Source: the human T2T-CHM13v2.0 reference genome, Homo sapiens. Taken from it: DNA of 64,000 bases. The stretch lies in the NCBI RefSeq assembly GCF_009914755.1, contig NC_060934.1; one strand, written 5' to 3'. Made by a program: the position numbers and the translations under genes. Positions 1 through 12,199 of this stretch are shown here, in pieces. Below the pieces are notes generated by a model. That model made no database searches. It worked only from the letters and a program-made list of their open reading frames with translations, and was not told where the DNA came from. Numbering within the stretch: the first letter of the stretch is position 1; the number at the start of each line of letters is the position of its first letter.

Positions 1-514
1 TGTGCAGTGCTCTGTCATGTCTACCAGAGAAAATGATGCAACATGTGCTGGAGACTTTACCATCTGTGCAAGAGTGCAGCCCTAGGCTCAATCCAAAAGA
101 AAAAGGAAGTGGCATTATAGCAGGGATATTCCCAGTGAGTCAAATTCCCAGAACAGCCTGTCCCTCCTCAAGGTGGTCAGTGTGCCCCAGCATCTCACCT
201 CCAGATTTGGACTAAAACAGAACTGTTGCATGCAGGGGTTAGAGAGGACTAGAGCAGTGATGTATTTTATATATCATATTTTCTAGCAATGGTTTTCCAT
301 CTGAAACCCAGTTTACATTGTGGCCCAGGGCACAGAAACAGAAGCTTTATGAAACAAGTTACTGTTTCCATGTGTCAGCATTCTAATTTTCCTTTCCTTT
401 TCCTGTTCTTTTTTCTGTTATTTTAATTTTTTAAAAAAGCTTCTTGACTCACTAAATTACTATAACAAACCACTTATGAGTCAAAGCCCATATTTTGAAA
501 AACAACATTGCATT

Positions 515-625
515 AGTGTATACAGGCAGCACCTTGGGAACATTTATAGAATATGGATTCTTGGGTCCCTCTCCAGGGATTCTAATTCAGTCATTCCTGG
601 GCCCAAGAATCTACGTTTTATGTTA
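515..625. mobile_element. MER5-like hAT-Charlie MITE fragment
   Basis: gattcttgggtccctctccagggattctaattcagt...gggcccaagaatct is typical MER5 core. Confidence 0.55.
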
Positions 626-929
626 ACCTGACCTAAATGTGACCATTATGAGGGCAGGAAACGGTTTTGATCCCTAACATATCCCAAGTGCTTTACATGA
701 AGAACTTGGTACAGCACAGGCTCTTGGTCATTGGTGGTTGAATAAATAAATGAATGAAAAAGTATTGATCTTCAAATGATTCCATCCTTCAACCCCAGCC
801 GTGCCTCCCTTTGCATCTATACTGTTGTCTTCGTTTTTTTAAGATAGATACTCAAATAGTCTCTAGACCTTTGAATTGCAAAATTGCTTTGAATCTCCAA
901 GTTGGAAGCTGCCTTGAAAGTCTCTAATC

Positions 930-1112
930 TAGGGATTCTCAGGTGTAGAAACTTTGTCTCGCTGCTTTAGAATTCCTTGGGGAAGTTTAAGGCAAATACA
1001 TATCCCTAGACCCCAGCCCTGGAGTTTCAATCCAGGTAGATAGGGTTCATGGCCCAGGAATCTGCATTCTATCCTCCCTCGGGTGATGCTGTGGCCCAGC
1101 CAGGGTTGGGAT
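930..1112. mobile_element. MER5A-like hAT-Charlie MITE
   Basis: ttagaattccttggggaag...ggcccaggaatctgcatt...ccagggttggga resembles MER5A. Confidence 0.6.
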
Positions 1113-1959
1113 GCACTGTTCTTGTGACCTCTCCCCACTGTGGATCACTGTGGATGGTGGTCACCCAGCCTCTGCTGGAAACATTTTGGGCTGGCAGAAA
1201 GAAACTCCCAGAGGTCTGCTCCACATTGAAAAGCTCTGCTTATTGGAAATTTCTTACTGATATTAGCTTCAATCACTTTCCTACTGCTGCTAGTCTTGGT
1301 TCTGCCCTCTGGAGCACCTCAACACAAGGCCAATTGGCTGCCTGACTGCTCATTGTGAAAATACAGAAAAAATATAAAGAAAGAAATGAAAATTTTTTAA
1401 AATCCCACCACCTTGAAGACATTGAATATTTCTTTTGGTCTTAATATATGTACACACATAAATGCATGTTATACTCACTTGATGTTTTTTAGAAATGACA
1501 AGCATCCTGTATTCTTGACTTAGCATTACATATTGTGGGTTTTCTCTTAACATTATATCACAAAAAATATCCCAGATAGAAAAATTTGCTTTAAACCCAC
1601 ATTTTAAAATGACTGCATTAAATTCCACTGTTTTGATCTATTAGAATTTATTCAGCCATTTCCTGTTAGTGTTGATTTAGGTTATTTCCAGTTTTCCACT
1701 ATCATAACTAATGCTTAAATAAACATATTGCAAATAAACCATCGTCTGCATCCTGGATTATTTCTTTAAGCCAGACTCCTAGATGAAATTTATTGAGTTA
1801 GAAAACATGCTTTAAAAAACACTTGATACATATTGCCACTTACTATGCGAACAGGATGTGAAAGTTTTCACTTGTACCAGTCATTTTAATCCCTGATTAG
1901 AATTTAGTCATTCAAAAAAAAATGCCAAATTGATAGGTTAAAAATTACGTTTCATTATA

Positions 1960-3043
1960 GTTTTTAATTTGTATACTTTTTGTTTACTCATAAGGCAGAA
2001 CACGATTTTAAATATAAACACACATACATAAACATACATATGTACACATTTTGATTACTCATGAGGCAAAACATGTTCATATATATTTGTGTGTGTGTAT
2101 TTTTTCCCATTTGTTTTGGCATTTCCCTTAAACAGGATGTTAAAAGATAAAGAAATAGATTTAGTCTATTTTTCTGCTAGAGAGAGGGGCCTCACACTTC
2201 TTGTTGATTTGCAAATGCCCTTCTCCTCTTTGTAAGTATAAGAAATATCAACTTCTTTATTTATTGTGGTAAATATACATAACATAAAAGTGATGATTTT
2301 AACCACATTTAAATGTGCAGTTCTGTGGCATTAAGTACATTCACACTGTTGAGCACCCATAACCGTCATCCATCTCCAGAACTTTTTACCTTCCCAAACT
2401 AAAACTCTGACCCACTAAACACTCACTCTCCATTGCCCTCTTCTCCCAGCCCTTGGCAACCACCATTCTATTTTCTGTCTCTGTGAAACTGACTGCTCTA
2501 GATTCCTCATATAAGTAGAATTATGTAATATTATTTTTTGTGATAGGCTTATTCCACTTTGCATAATGACTTTAAGCTTCATCCATATTGCAGCATGTCA
2601 GAATTTCCTTCCCTTTTAAGGCTAAACAATAGCCCATTGTATGTTTATACCACATTTTATTTATCTATTCATCTATCCATGGACACTGGGTTGCTTCCAC
2701 CTTTTGGCTGTTGTGAATAAAGCCGCTGTGAACATTGGTGTACAAATGTTCGTTCAAGTCCCTACTTTCACTTCTTTTGGATAGATATCCAGATGTGGAA
2801 CTGCAGATCATACGGCAATTCTATATTTCATTTCTAAAGAAATTGCCGTATCATTTTCCATAGTAGCTACATCATTTTACATTCCCACCGGCACTGCACA
2901 AGGGAATCCAATATCTCCACATCCTTGCCAACATTTATCTTCTGTTTTGCTTCTAAATAATAGCTATCCTAAAGGCTGTGAAGTGGTATCCTTAAAAAAA
3001 AAAATCAAATAAAACCTGACTGTGTGCTCCAATTTCCAGGAAG
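1960..3043 (-). other. RNLS: 3' UTR of the 315-aa RNLS isoform, largely L1M-derived; exact end uncertain
   Basis: Candidate minus-strand signals are AATAAATAAA (2256-2265), AGTAAA (1983-1988) and ATTAAA (1963-1968). Confidence 0.55.
2255..2990 (-). mobile_element. L1MB-type 3' end fragment, sense to RNLS, inside the distal 3' UTR
   Basis: Typical L1M 3'-end text (ccttggcaaccaccattcta, tagcccattgtatg, acattcccacc), ending in AATAAATAAA on the minus strand. Confidence 0.85.
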
Positions 3044-3115
3044 TCAGATGGGAAATCCAATCGCCATCATCCAGGGGCTCTTCGCACATCCTAGAATCAC
3101 ACCAGCACTTGGTAC
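3044..3115 (-). CDS. RNLS: Renalase alternative distal terminal coding exon (315-aa isoform): VPSAGVILGCAKSPWMMAIGFPI*
   Basis: Acceptor tcctttgattttcag|GTA and TGA at 3044-3046. 23 codons plus 292 gives 315 aa, matching the isoform-2 C-terminus as I recall it. Too short to appear in the ORF track. Confidence 0.92.
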   Translation of the reverse strand, partial: VPSAGVILGCAKSPWMMAIGFPI

Positions 3116-3854
3116 CTGAAAATCAAAGGAATATCCTTCAACCCCAGTGCCACCCAACACAATGGCCTCTGACACCTTGTCTACACTAATAGTGGTTCTT
3201 TGCTTTCACGGAACATATATAGACTTGGAATGGGGAGGGTTCTGGCTCTATAGGTGGTCTTGCTAACTTTTTGAGGAGCTGCCACCAAGCAGGACCCCCC
3301 ATTTTACATCTTTATCCTAACCTTGTCCCACTTATTTCAGTTATAAAAAATTCTATCAGTTGGCTTTAAAATACTCTTCATAATTGTTATCTTCTATTAA
3401 TCTTCAAATTATTATTTAAAACATATAGAATATATAAAAAATTAACATATTCCTTTGAATGCAGGTCTCAGTTTTAATACATTTTAACATTTTGCCTTAT
3501 AAAAACTCTTGCACAAGGGTAAAAAGAGAAATGTGCAAACATATTTATTGCAACAATGTTGCAACAGTAAAAATTTAGAGCAACCTGATGTCTATCAGTA
3601 GGGAAATGGACAAATAAATTGTGATATATTCATAAAATGGAAGAGTGTACAGTAGTAAAAATCAATGAAATATATCTATGTATATCGACATGGAAAAATA
3701 CTAAAAATACAACCCTGGGGGAATAAAGTTCTAAATACATACAATATGCTGTAAAATTAAAAACGCACAGAACATTACCATAATTTATGGATACATACAT
3801 ATGGTATCAAAGTAGGAAAATATGGTGGTGTTACTACAATTAAAAAGACATGTA

Positions 3855-4160
3855 AGTTGGGCACAATGGCTCACATCTGTAATCCTAGCACTTTGGGAGG
3901 CTGAGGCAAGAAGATCACTTGACGGCAGGAGTTTGAGTCTTACTTGGGCAACATAGTAATACCTCATTAGAACAACAAAAAAAAAATTAGCCTAATGTAG
4001 GGGTGTGTGCCTGTAGTCCCAGCTATTCGGGAGGCTGAGGCAGGAGGATCCCTTGAGCCCAGGAATTTGAGGCTGCTGTGAGCCATGATCAGGCCACTAT
4101 ACTCCAGCTTAGGTGACAGAGCAAGACACTGTCTCTAAAAATAACAAAACAAAACAAAAA
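3855..4160 (+). mobile_element. AluJ-type SINE
   Basis: Dimeric Alu with J-type motif (ttgagcccaggaatttgaggctg) and an (AAAAC)n tail. Confidence 0.93.
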
Positions 4161-4299
4161 CATGCGAATAATAAAAAACAAAAAATAAAACAGATGGACT
4201 TTAGTCCTATCTGTATCATTTTTAACTCTTAAAAAATTGAGCTAAAATTTTAACTTTTGTTGTTTTCTCTACATTAAGGACATACTTTTATTATAAATT

Positions 4300-6250
4300 G
4301 TTGTATATGTATTTTTCTTAACTGGTCTGTAATCTTTTAGTTTTGTTTTCTAAGAGTTTTAAAATATAATCAAGTAGACCAATTTGTATTTTTATGATTT
4401 CTTTTGTTAATTTCTAGAACTTCTTTTGCAACCTAGAAATAGGTTAAACATTTATCTATATTCTCCTCTATATGGTTTTGGGGGAGGCATGTATTATATA
4501 TTTGTTTATATTTATCCCTTTAATCCATCTGGAAATTATAGTAATATACGGTAGAATCACATTTGATTTTTTTCTAAAACTAAATACCTTGCTAATTTTC
4601 CTCAAATTATTTGTTAAATAATTATTGCTTTCTCATTGGTTTTGTATTGATTCAGTTATCACATTAAAGGGCTATTTTATAGTTATTATTTGCACTGATT
4701 TGTATCAATTCCTGAATCAACAGTAAACTGCTTATTTATCTAATTTTATCGTATGTCATAATAGCAGATGAAAGTGCCATTTTGCAGGAAGGTACTTACT
4801 ACCTTCTTGCTCAAACTTGTTAGTTATTTTTACCTGTTAATTTGTTTCCAGATGGACTTAAAATTATTTTTTCAGGTTAACGAAATCCCACTGTGATTTT
4901 GTGCAACCTATAAATTAATCAGGGGATAATGGAAAAAATTCATAATATTTGCAATTTCCCTCTAGGGACATGGTATATCCTCCCTTGTTCAAATGTTTCA
5001 AAATATCACTCCATAAAATTTTGGAAATATTTCCTTGCATAAATTCTGGATCCTAACGATAGTCCTTTGTTGATTATAAACCATGCTACTATAAAGACAC
5101 ATGCACACGTATGTTTACTGTGGCACTATTCACAATAGCAAAGACTTGGAACCAACCCAAATGTCCATCAATGATAGACTGGATTAAGAAAATGTGGCAC
5201 ATATACACTATGGAATATTATGCAGCCATAAAAAAGAGTAAGTTCATGTCCTTTGCAGGGACATGGATGAAGCTGGAAACCATCATTCTCAGAAACTATC
5301 ACAAGGACAGAAAACCAAACACTGCATGTTCTCACTCATAGGTGGGAATTGAACAATAAGAACACTTGGACACAGGGCGGGGAGCATTGCAAACCAGGGT
5401 GCCTGCCGGGGAGGTGGGGGGTTGGGGGAGGGATAGCATTGGGAGAAATGCCTAATGTGGATGACGAGTTGATGGGTGCAGCAAACCAACATGGCACATG
5501 TATACCTATGTAACAAATCTGCACGTTGTGCACAGGTACCCTAGAACTTAAAGTATAATAAAAGAAAAAAAAAGATAGTCCTTTGCATTCCATTTTTTGT
5601 TAACAACATTATATATAAGATACATTTGCTTTGATTATTTTGGCATACAGAAGAGTTATTGACCTTTGAATGTTTGTAATTCAGCCACTCTACTTATTTC
5701 TCATCAATCTAAAAGTTGGTGCACCTGAGTTTTCTAGGAGTATAATCATATTAACACAATTTGTAACCACTTTGCCTTCTGTTTCCCAACATTCACACCC
5801 CTTAAATATTTTCCATGCCTTAATGCATACCCTAGAAATTTTAGAACATTGATGTAAGAATCTTTGACTTCTCCCTAATTTAATATAGATGGTTCTAGTG
5901 ATTTATTCTTAATTTAATGTTTTTTATAGTTTTAAAATAGAAGTCCTTATTCCTTTAAGGTAGTATCCCGTTTCTAAATTTATCATGTTTTAGCAGCAAT
6001 GTATATTAAAGTTTGCCAAATTTAACTTTTAACAAATTTTAGCAGATTTGTCAAAAATTTTCAGCATCTGTTGAAATAATTATAAAGTTTTTATTGTTTC
6101 AACTATTAACATTTCTTAGTATGAATAGTTAAAATGGTTTATTTAGTGAGTGGGTTTCCTGATTTTAGGCACATAATGAATGGGTTTCCTGCTTCTAGGC
6201 ACATTCTTGTAGCTCTTTCCTATAATATAGAGCTAATTGGTTAGAGTGCT
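4300..6250 (-). mobile_element. Highly decayed L1ME-type ORF2 fragments, interrupted by a younger L1PA
   Basis: AT-rich sequence with degenerate antisense L1 ORF2 motifs (tttaatccatctggaa, ttcagcatctgttgaaataat). Confidence 0.45.
5070..5573 (+). mobile_element. 5'-truncated L1PA5/6-like 3' end with target-site duplication
   Basis: ORF2 C-terminus (PKCPSMIDWIKKMWHIYTMEYY), G-rich 3' UTR and poly(A). Exact 12-bp TSD gatagtcctttg at 5058-5069 and 5574-5585. Confidence 0.95.
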
Positions 6251-7399
6251 GTTCAGCCATAATGGTCAACATCTCAATTTCTCAATTAGGTGATGCTTGC
6301 CAATTTTTTTTTTCTCCACAACGGTCTCTGTATCACTAACATTCAGTTTTCTGACAGTCTTTTGGTTCACAGAAAATAGTTTTGATTATTTTCCGAAGGA
6401 TAAATAAACATGGCTTATTGTAATGGTTAAAATATATGGTGCAAGTTTGAGGTTGGCAACTGTCTTGCAGAAGTGGGTGCAACTAACTCTAGGCCTAACT
6501 CTTGCCACCTTTAGAGCAATTCAATTTAAAAAGTATCGAAAAAATAAGAATGTCAGTCAATAAACCCTGCTTACATGTCATTGGTAGGTGATAAAATCAC
6601 AATAACAGAATACACTGCTACAGAAGCTATGTTGATTGTTTGCACAAGGACAGCACCATTCCCCTCCCCTCTCCCACGCTAGCACACACATGTGCATACA
6701 CAACATACCAACTACATAGAGATGGCCCATTTTAAGTACCATATTTCTAATGGTAGAGCAACTCTCCCGCCTTCCCCCAACCTCTTCCAAAATATAATGG
6801 GATGTAGTATAAAGTAAAGACTTTCTGAAATCACCTAATGACTTTGAATAGAAACCACATAAAGCAAATATAGATACTATTGTAATTATTGCCTCTGTTA
6901 AGGATGAGGTTAGTACATTTTTGTTCTGTGAGATAATTCTGTGTCAGCAAGATTTTCCTTTGGTACTTACTAATATTAGAATAAAAAAAGTTAATTAGTT
7001 AAGTTCATTCATTCATTCTTTGGATCAACAGATATTTACTGAGTAACTCCTATGTGCCAGGTCCCACTTTTGTGGCTATTGCAATTTTGGCAGAAAGCAG
7101 ATATTGAACAAGTAAGTACACATGGGGTAAGTATCACAAGAGTGGGGAGGCTAGATCGGCTGGGGGAGAACACAGTGCCATGCAAGGTCTCTGAAAGAGC
7201 ACAGCCACAAACCACAGACAGCATTTATTCATTCAAGAGTCAGTAAGAATTTTTGAAGAGGCCTACCTTAAGGTGGCACTTAAATACAGTCACCAGTGAG
7301 TTCTACAAATACTGAAGTGGCTTCCTAGCTAGATCTAAAGCTACCTATGGATGTAGTGACGGCTATCAAAGGGGATTATTTTCCTAAATCATATTTTAC

Positions 7400-7620
7400 T
7401 ATTATAATAGTAATAATAATGGCCAGCATTTATGGAGTGTTTTCTCTACGCAGGACACAATGCTTACACTTTGCATGTACATACTATAACCCTCAGAATA
7501 ATCCTACAGTAGGTAAAATTGTATCCACATTTCATAGACGAGGGCCCTGCGGCTCGAGACAGAGACAAAGGAATTGGACCAAGATCATACATCTAGTAAG
7601 TGGCATATTCAGGATGTCAC
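7400..7620. mobile_element. MIR SINE fragment
   Basis: aataatggccagcatttatggagtg...aatcctacagtaggta...ccaagatcatacatctagtaagtggca. Confidence 0.65.
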
Positions 7621-8224
7621 CGACCCCACCAGGAATTGAGCTGTTTAAAATGAAGGCCAGGGACAGGAAATGAATCTGCAACACTAAGGAAATGAATCTC
7701 CTTAGCCAAACACTTAGGAGTGTGAAATAACTCACTCCTAGTTTTCACAGTGTTTCGGAGATTCACTAATCTTCAGCAGAATCCAATCCAAGCGTGCAAT
7801 TCTTTGCATTCAGCACATATGGTTGCTAAGAAAAAAGACAACGTTCTTGCAGAGAATGCTTCTATTTTATACCATCACTACTCCTGGTAATGACCTTTCC
7901 TAGTGTCTTTCCAAGGACTACATTAGAGCAAACCACCTTTTCCCCAGGTAAGCTGTCTACTTACTCACTGTAGTTGGAAAACAGAAAGTGGCCCAGAGCT
8001 GGTCACCAGGAGACACTGACTGCTATTCTGTCTCATGGTTTTGAAGCAACCTAGAGCTTTTAAGCTTCTGGGTTTCACCATGTTTTGCTGTCTATCCACT
8101 AACTCTCCTTATCATCAATTCTCCTGTGTCCTATGTGACTACAGAGGAAATTGGCCTTCACAGAGGCCTCAGAGGCACCGGGTTAAACTCTTCCTCCCCT
8201 CTCCTCTCCTCCTCCCCCCTTTAT

Positions 8225-8460
8225 GATCAACATCATCATTGTTATTATTTACTAAGTACTTACTATGTGTTCAGCACTCTCTTAAGGTTTTATATGAACG
8301 TAAGCCTCACAACAATCTTATGAGGTAGCTATCAATAACTCATTTTGCCGATGACAAAGGAAGCTAAGTGAGATTGTTTAACTGCATCAAGGTCACACAA
8401 TGAGGGGCAAACTTTAGATTAAAGCGCAGATCTAACTGCAGATGATGTGTTCTTAACTGC
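8225..8460. mobile_element. MIR SINE fragment
   Basis: tttactaagtacttactatgtg...cctcacaacaatcttatgaggtag...caaggtcacaca. Confidence 0.65.
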
Positions 8461-8643
8461 AAAGTTATAGGCTTGCCTTAAGGGATTTACAACGTGGCAT
8501 AGGATCAAGGAACAATGGACCAGACGTGTGGATCAAAGATAAGATCATATTTACGTAAAGTGATAGGTTTAAGATTTAGAGGTTCTCCTTGGACCCCTGA
8601 GTGTCTACAGACAGATGTGTGGGGGGAGGGGTTGAACCTAAAA

Positions 8644-8832
8644 CAGGGGTCAGTAAACATTTTCTTAAAGGACTACATAGTAACTATTTTAGATTTTGCA
8701 GGCCATATGGTCTCTGTCAAAAACACTTATCTCTACTGCTGTAGTGCAAAACAGTCACAGGTAATACACAAATGAATGGGTGAGGCTGTGTTCCAATAAA
8801 ACTTTATTTACAAAAACAAGCAGCTGGTCAGC
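8644..8832. mobile_element. MER58A-like hAT-Charlie MITE, nested in an older Charlie-type MITE (about 8575-8960)
   Basis: caggggtcagtaaacatttt...gcaggccatatggtctctgtc...ggctgtgttccaataaaactttatttacaaaaaca. Confidence 0.8.
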
Positions 8833-10576
8833 AGGCATTAAATGGTATGCAAATTCTATGTGCTCATATGCATAGTTGTCTTTGTTGTTGTTATTAGGAG
8901 ATCCATAGCTTTCTATAGCTTCTTAAACAGGTTCAAAATCCAAGATGGTTAAGAACTGGTCTAAATGGTTTCCAAACCTCTCTAAGCTTAGATATTCCAC
9001 AGGGTTCCATAATTCAACCAGCCTTTTACATTAACAACCCCTTAGAGATTCCTTCTCCTTAGCAGGCTCTTTTGTGGGATTCTGCTGTGAACTGTTGAGT
9101 GGACAATAATTACTGTCTATTGAGAAGGAAACGTGAGTCATACTACCATTCTACCTTCCTTGGTTTACCTGGTCAGATGATACTGGCTAAAACACAAATA
9201 TATTCCAGACTGAAATACAGCAGTTTGGTCCTGCACCAGATCATCTGATGTTTGCTGAGACTTTTTTCTCCTGCCACAGACCTCTTTCTCTGTTCTGCTG
9301 AGCTTTCTGCACAGTAAGAACTTATTTGTGCTGAGCACACTAATATGCAGTTTGGATTCTGAAGTCAGCCAGGTCAACCCAGGTATGGTGTGGAGGGGAG
9401 GGATATTGCTGGATGTATTTGACTGAGGCGTCTCTGTATTTGTTCAGGGATCCTTTCTCCCCAAAGGAAACATTTCTCTTAGGACTCCCTAGCTTCACGA
9501 ATTAGAGCATCTTATTCACTGCCTGTGACCTTGTCAACATGTACCTCTACTCTGTCTCCCACTCCAGGGGTCTTGTCTTCTCCTAAGTAGAATCTCTGGG
9601 TGGGGATTGCTGATTATATTCCATTGTGTACACTACACAGCCTGGTCCCAGGCTTTGCACACGTGTGACAGGAAGAGTAAAGAATTGGTGTAAAGAAACC
9701 ATACAAGTCATGTTTTAGTTTATTAGCACTGAGATCCCTGAAAGCTATGGCCAGTTTTAAATTCTTGCATCACTTTCGAAAATCAACATAAGGGTTGTCC
9801 AATCAACTTGAATAACAAACAGGATCATCCCTCTGGGATGGCTTCCAGCTTTACATTTTAAGAACAGCCACAACAAAACCCTGATATATTAAAACCTGGA
9901 AGTACAAATACTATGAATCATAAGGTGATTGCATTCATATTCCCGGTTTTTCTGAGAATGTAGAATTAGGCATAGGAGAAGAGGCAGGAAAAAAAATAGA
10001 AGGGGAGGAAGAAATGGCAGAAACTGGAAGAAAAGAAGAGAGCAAAACAAGGGGAACAAAGAAACAAAGAGGAATCAGATGGAAAGGATGAACGCACGGT
10101 GAGTCTGTACTGTAACCAGCTACAGCTGGGTTGAAATTCAGTGTCATTAGCATGCAGCTATTTCTCACAGCAAGTACCCCCCAAAGAAGGAAATAAACCA
10201 GCAAATGAAAGTAACAGGAGTATGAATCACTTAGCCAGTACTTACAGAGACTTTATCCCATATTAGACTCCTGTATATATCACATCAGGATTAGTGTTAA
10301 CTCTCTGAAATGAAACATCAATAAGAAGACCACATGATGCGGACTGTACCCCCAACTAATATTTCAGTTCAGTTTTAATTAGCATGTTCATCTGGCAGCA
10401 GCATGGTGCCTGTAAATAGAAACGGGTCATGAGGGGCTTGGGCTCTTGTCCTGGAATAACATTACGTGACCCTGGTTGGCCAAGATCTGTGCCTTGTTTT
10501 CCTCACTTGTTAAATGTAAATAAGAATTCTCTGCTCTGCTTATTTCACAGAGGTGTTAGGAGGATGAAAAGTGAAA

Positions 10577-10578
<2 letters not shown>

Positions 10579-10626
<48 letters not shown>
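10579..10626. repeat. (AC)24 perfect microsatellite next to a MIR fragment
   Basis: 24 uninterrupted AC units. Confidence 0.98.
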
Positions 10627-10629
<3 letters not shown>

Positions 10630-11679
10630 TGGATGAGTATAAAATGCCAGAAAAATGTAAAATTGACCCTGTTCTCTTCAGTTAACAAGGTAGTGGGTAG
10701 GCGGGGGGTGGGGACCATGGCATTTTGCACAGAAGGCTTGATGACTCAACGAAGTGTCTTCCTCCCCGCCCTCCCCCCAGTAATATCTGGTCTGGGATTA
10801 CTGCTGCTTTCTTGATGTTTTTAGACATACTCTTCTCCTTCAGAAATGCCAAAGGTGAAAAATACTATTTCACTGCTATAATTTGTCACCCTTGCTGCCT
10901 GAGCAAGACGTGCATAGACAGTTTAGTAATTAAGCTTTTCAACACTGCATCATAAAGTTTTATTCTGGCAAAGGCTATATTTATCAGCTAACAAGTATTA
11001 AATCACCCCACTGCTCAAGCCGTTTCTCACTTGAATACGCTCCTTTCAAAACAGAACAGCTTTCCTTGGCTGGCTTGATTAATAAAAGTTCTTGTTTGGA
11101 AATACTGTGATGATGTTTGGCCCCGTGGGGCTAACATACATACACCTTGGCCACTGTTCTACCTGGTGCTGACTCCCATCTCCCAGGGGAGTTTGATATC
11201 TTAGCCTTGTGTCTCTCAGAGCATCCTGGCCAGCTGAATTTTATGGCCGTCTGGGATGGCTTCCAGGAGGAGATATTTCTACCATTTCATTTCTAATGGG
11301 GAAGAATTGAAAGAAAATCTAAATGTAAAATAAGTTTTCAAAATAATTAAAATAGCAAAGTAACAATGATCTACATATCAAGTAGGGTTTTTCCTCATAT
11401 TGCCATAGTCTTATAAAAACAGATGCAGAGTTAGAAAGAATAGATATTAAAAGTCATTAGTAATGGCTTAGAGGAGTACGGTCTCCAAGCAACCCATCCC
11501 AGCTTTACAAATTCCCTCCCCCTCCTTTGGAGGACATAAATTCATAAAACAAATATAGCATTGTTTTTAAAGGTTCAGGGTGCTTTCAGTCAAATGGCTC
11601 CTGAATTATATTTGTTAAAAACAAAATAGTTAATTTGAATGACCTTTCTACCATATTTTAAGGGTAAATATGGTAGAAT

Positions 11680-12080
11680 ATGGATAAAGAAAATGTGGTA
11701 CATACATAGCATGGAATATGATGCACCCATAAAAAAGAATGAGATCATGTCCTTGGCAGGAACATGGATGGAGCTGGAGGCCATTATCTTTAACAAACTA
11801 ATGAGGGAACAGAAAACCAAATACCACAGGTTCTCACTAACAAGAGGGAGCTAAATGATAAGAACATATGGACACATACAGGGGACAACAGAAAGTGGGG
11901 CCTACCTGAGAGTAGAGGGTGGGAGGGAGGAGAGGATCAGGAAAAATAACTAATGGGTACTAGGCTTAACTCCTGGGTGACAAAATAATCCGTACAACAA
12001 ATCTCTGTCACACAAGTTTACCTATATAACAAACCTGTATATGTATCCCTACATTTAAAATTTAAAAAATATAAATAAAG
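11680..12080 (+). mobile_element. 5'-truncated L1PA13-15-like 3' end
   Basis: WIKKMWYIHSMEY ORF2 end; gggtactaggcttaa...acaagtttacctatataacaaacctg 3' UTR; A-rich tail. Confidence 0.92.
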
Positions 12081-12199
12081 ACAAATGTTAGTCAAATATG
12101 GGCGAAAATAACAAAAAATCACTATTTTTCATCATTTTATAGAGACTACAAATTTCCTTCTTCCTCCCTCTGCTTTCAAAATAAGTGACATTAACCACA

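Noticed and set aside
9169-9306. 138-nt exon-like segment on the minus strand (ttcttactgtgcag|...CAG|gtaaac)
   Set aside because: Only moderate splice sites and an in-frame stop. It lies downstream of the main poly(A) site and cannot be told apart from common pseudo-exons without reads.
10429-10815. 128-aa ORF with an HT repeat
   Set aside because: Frame held open by the (AC)24 microsatellite within MIR-derived sequence.
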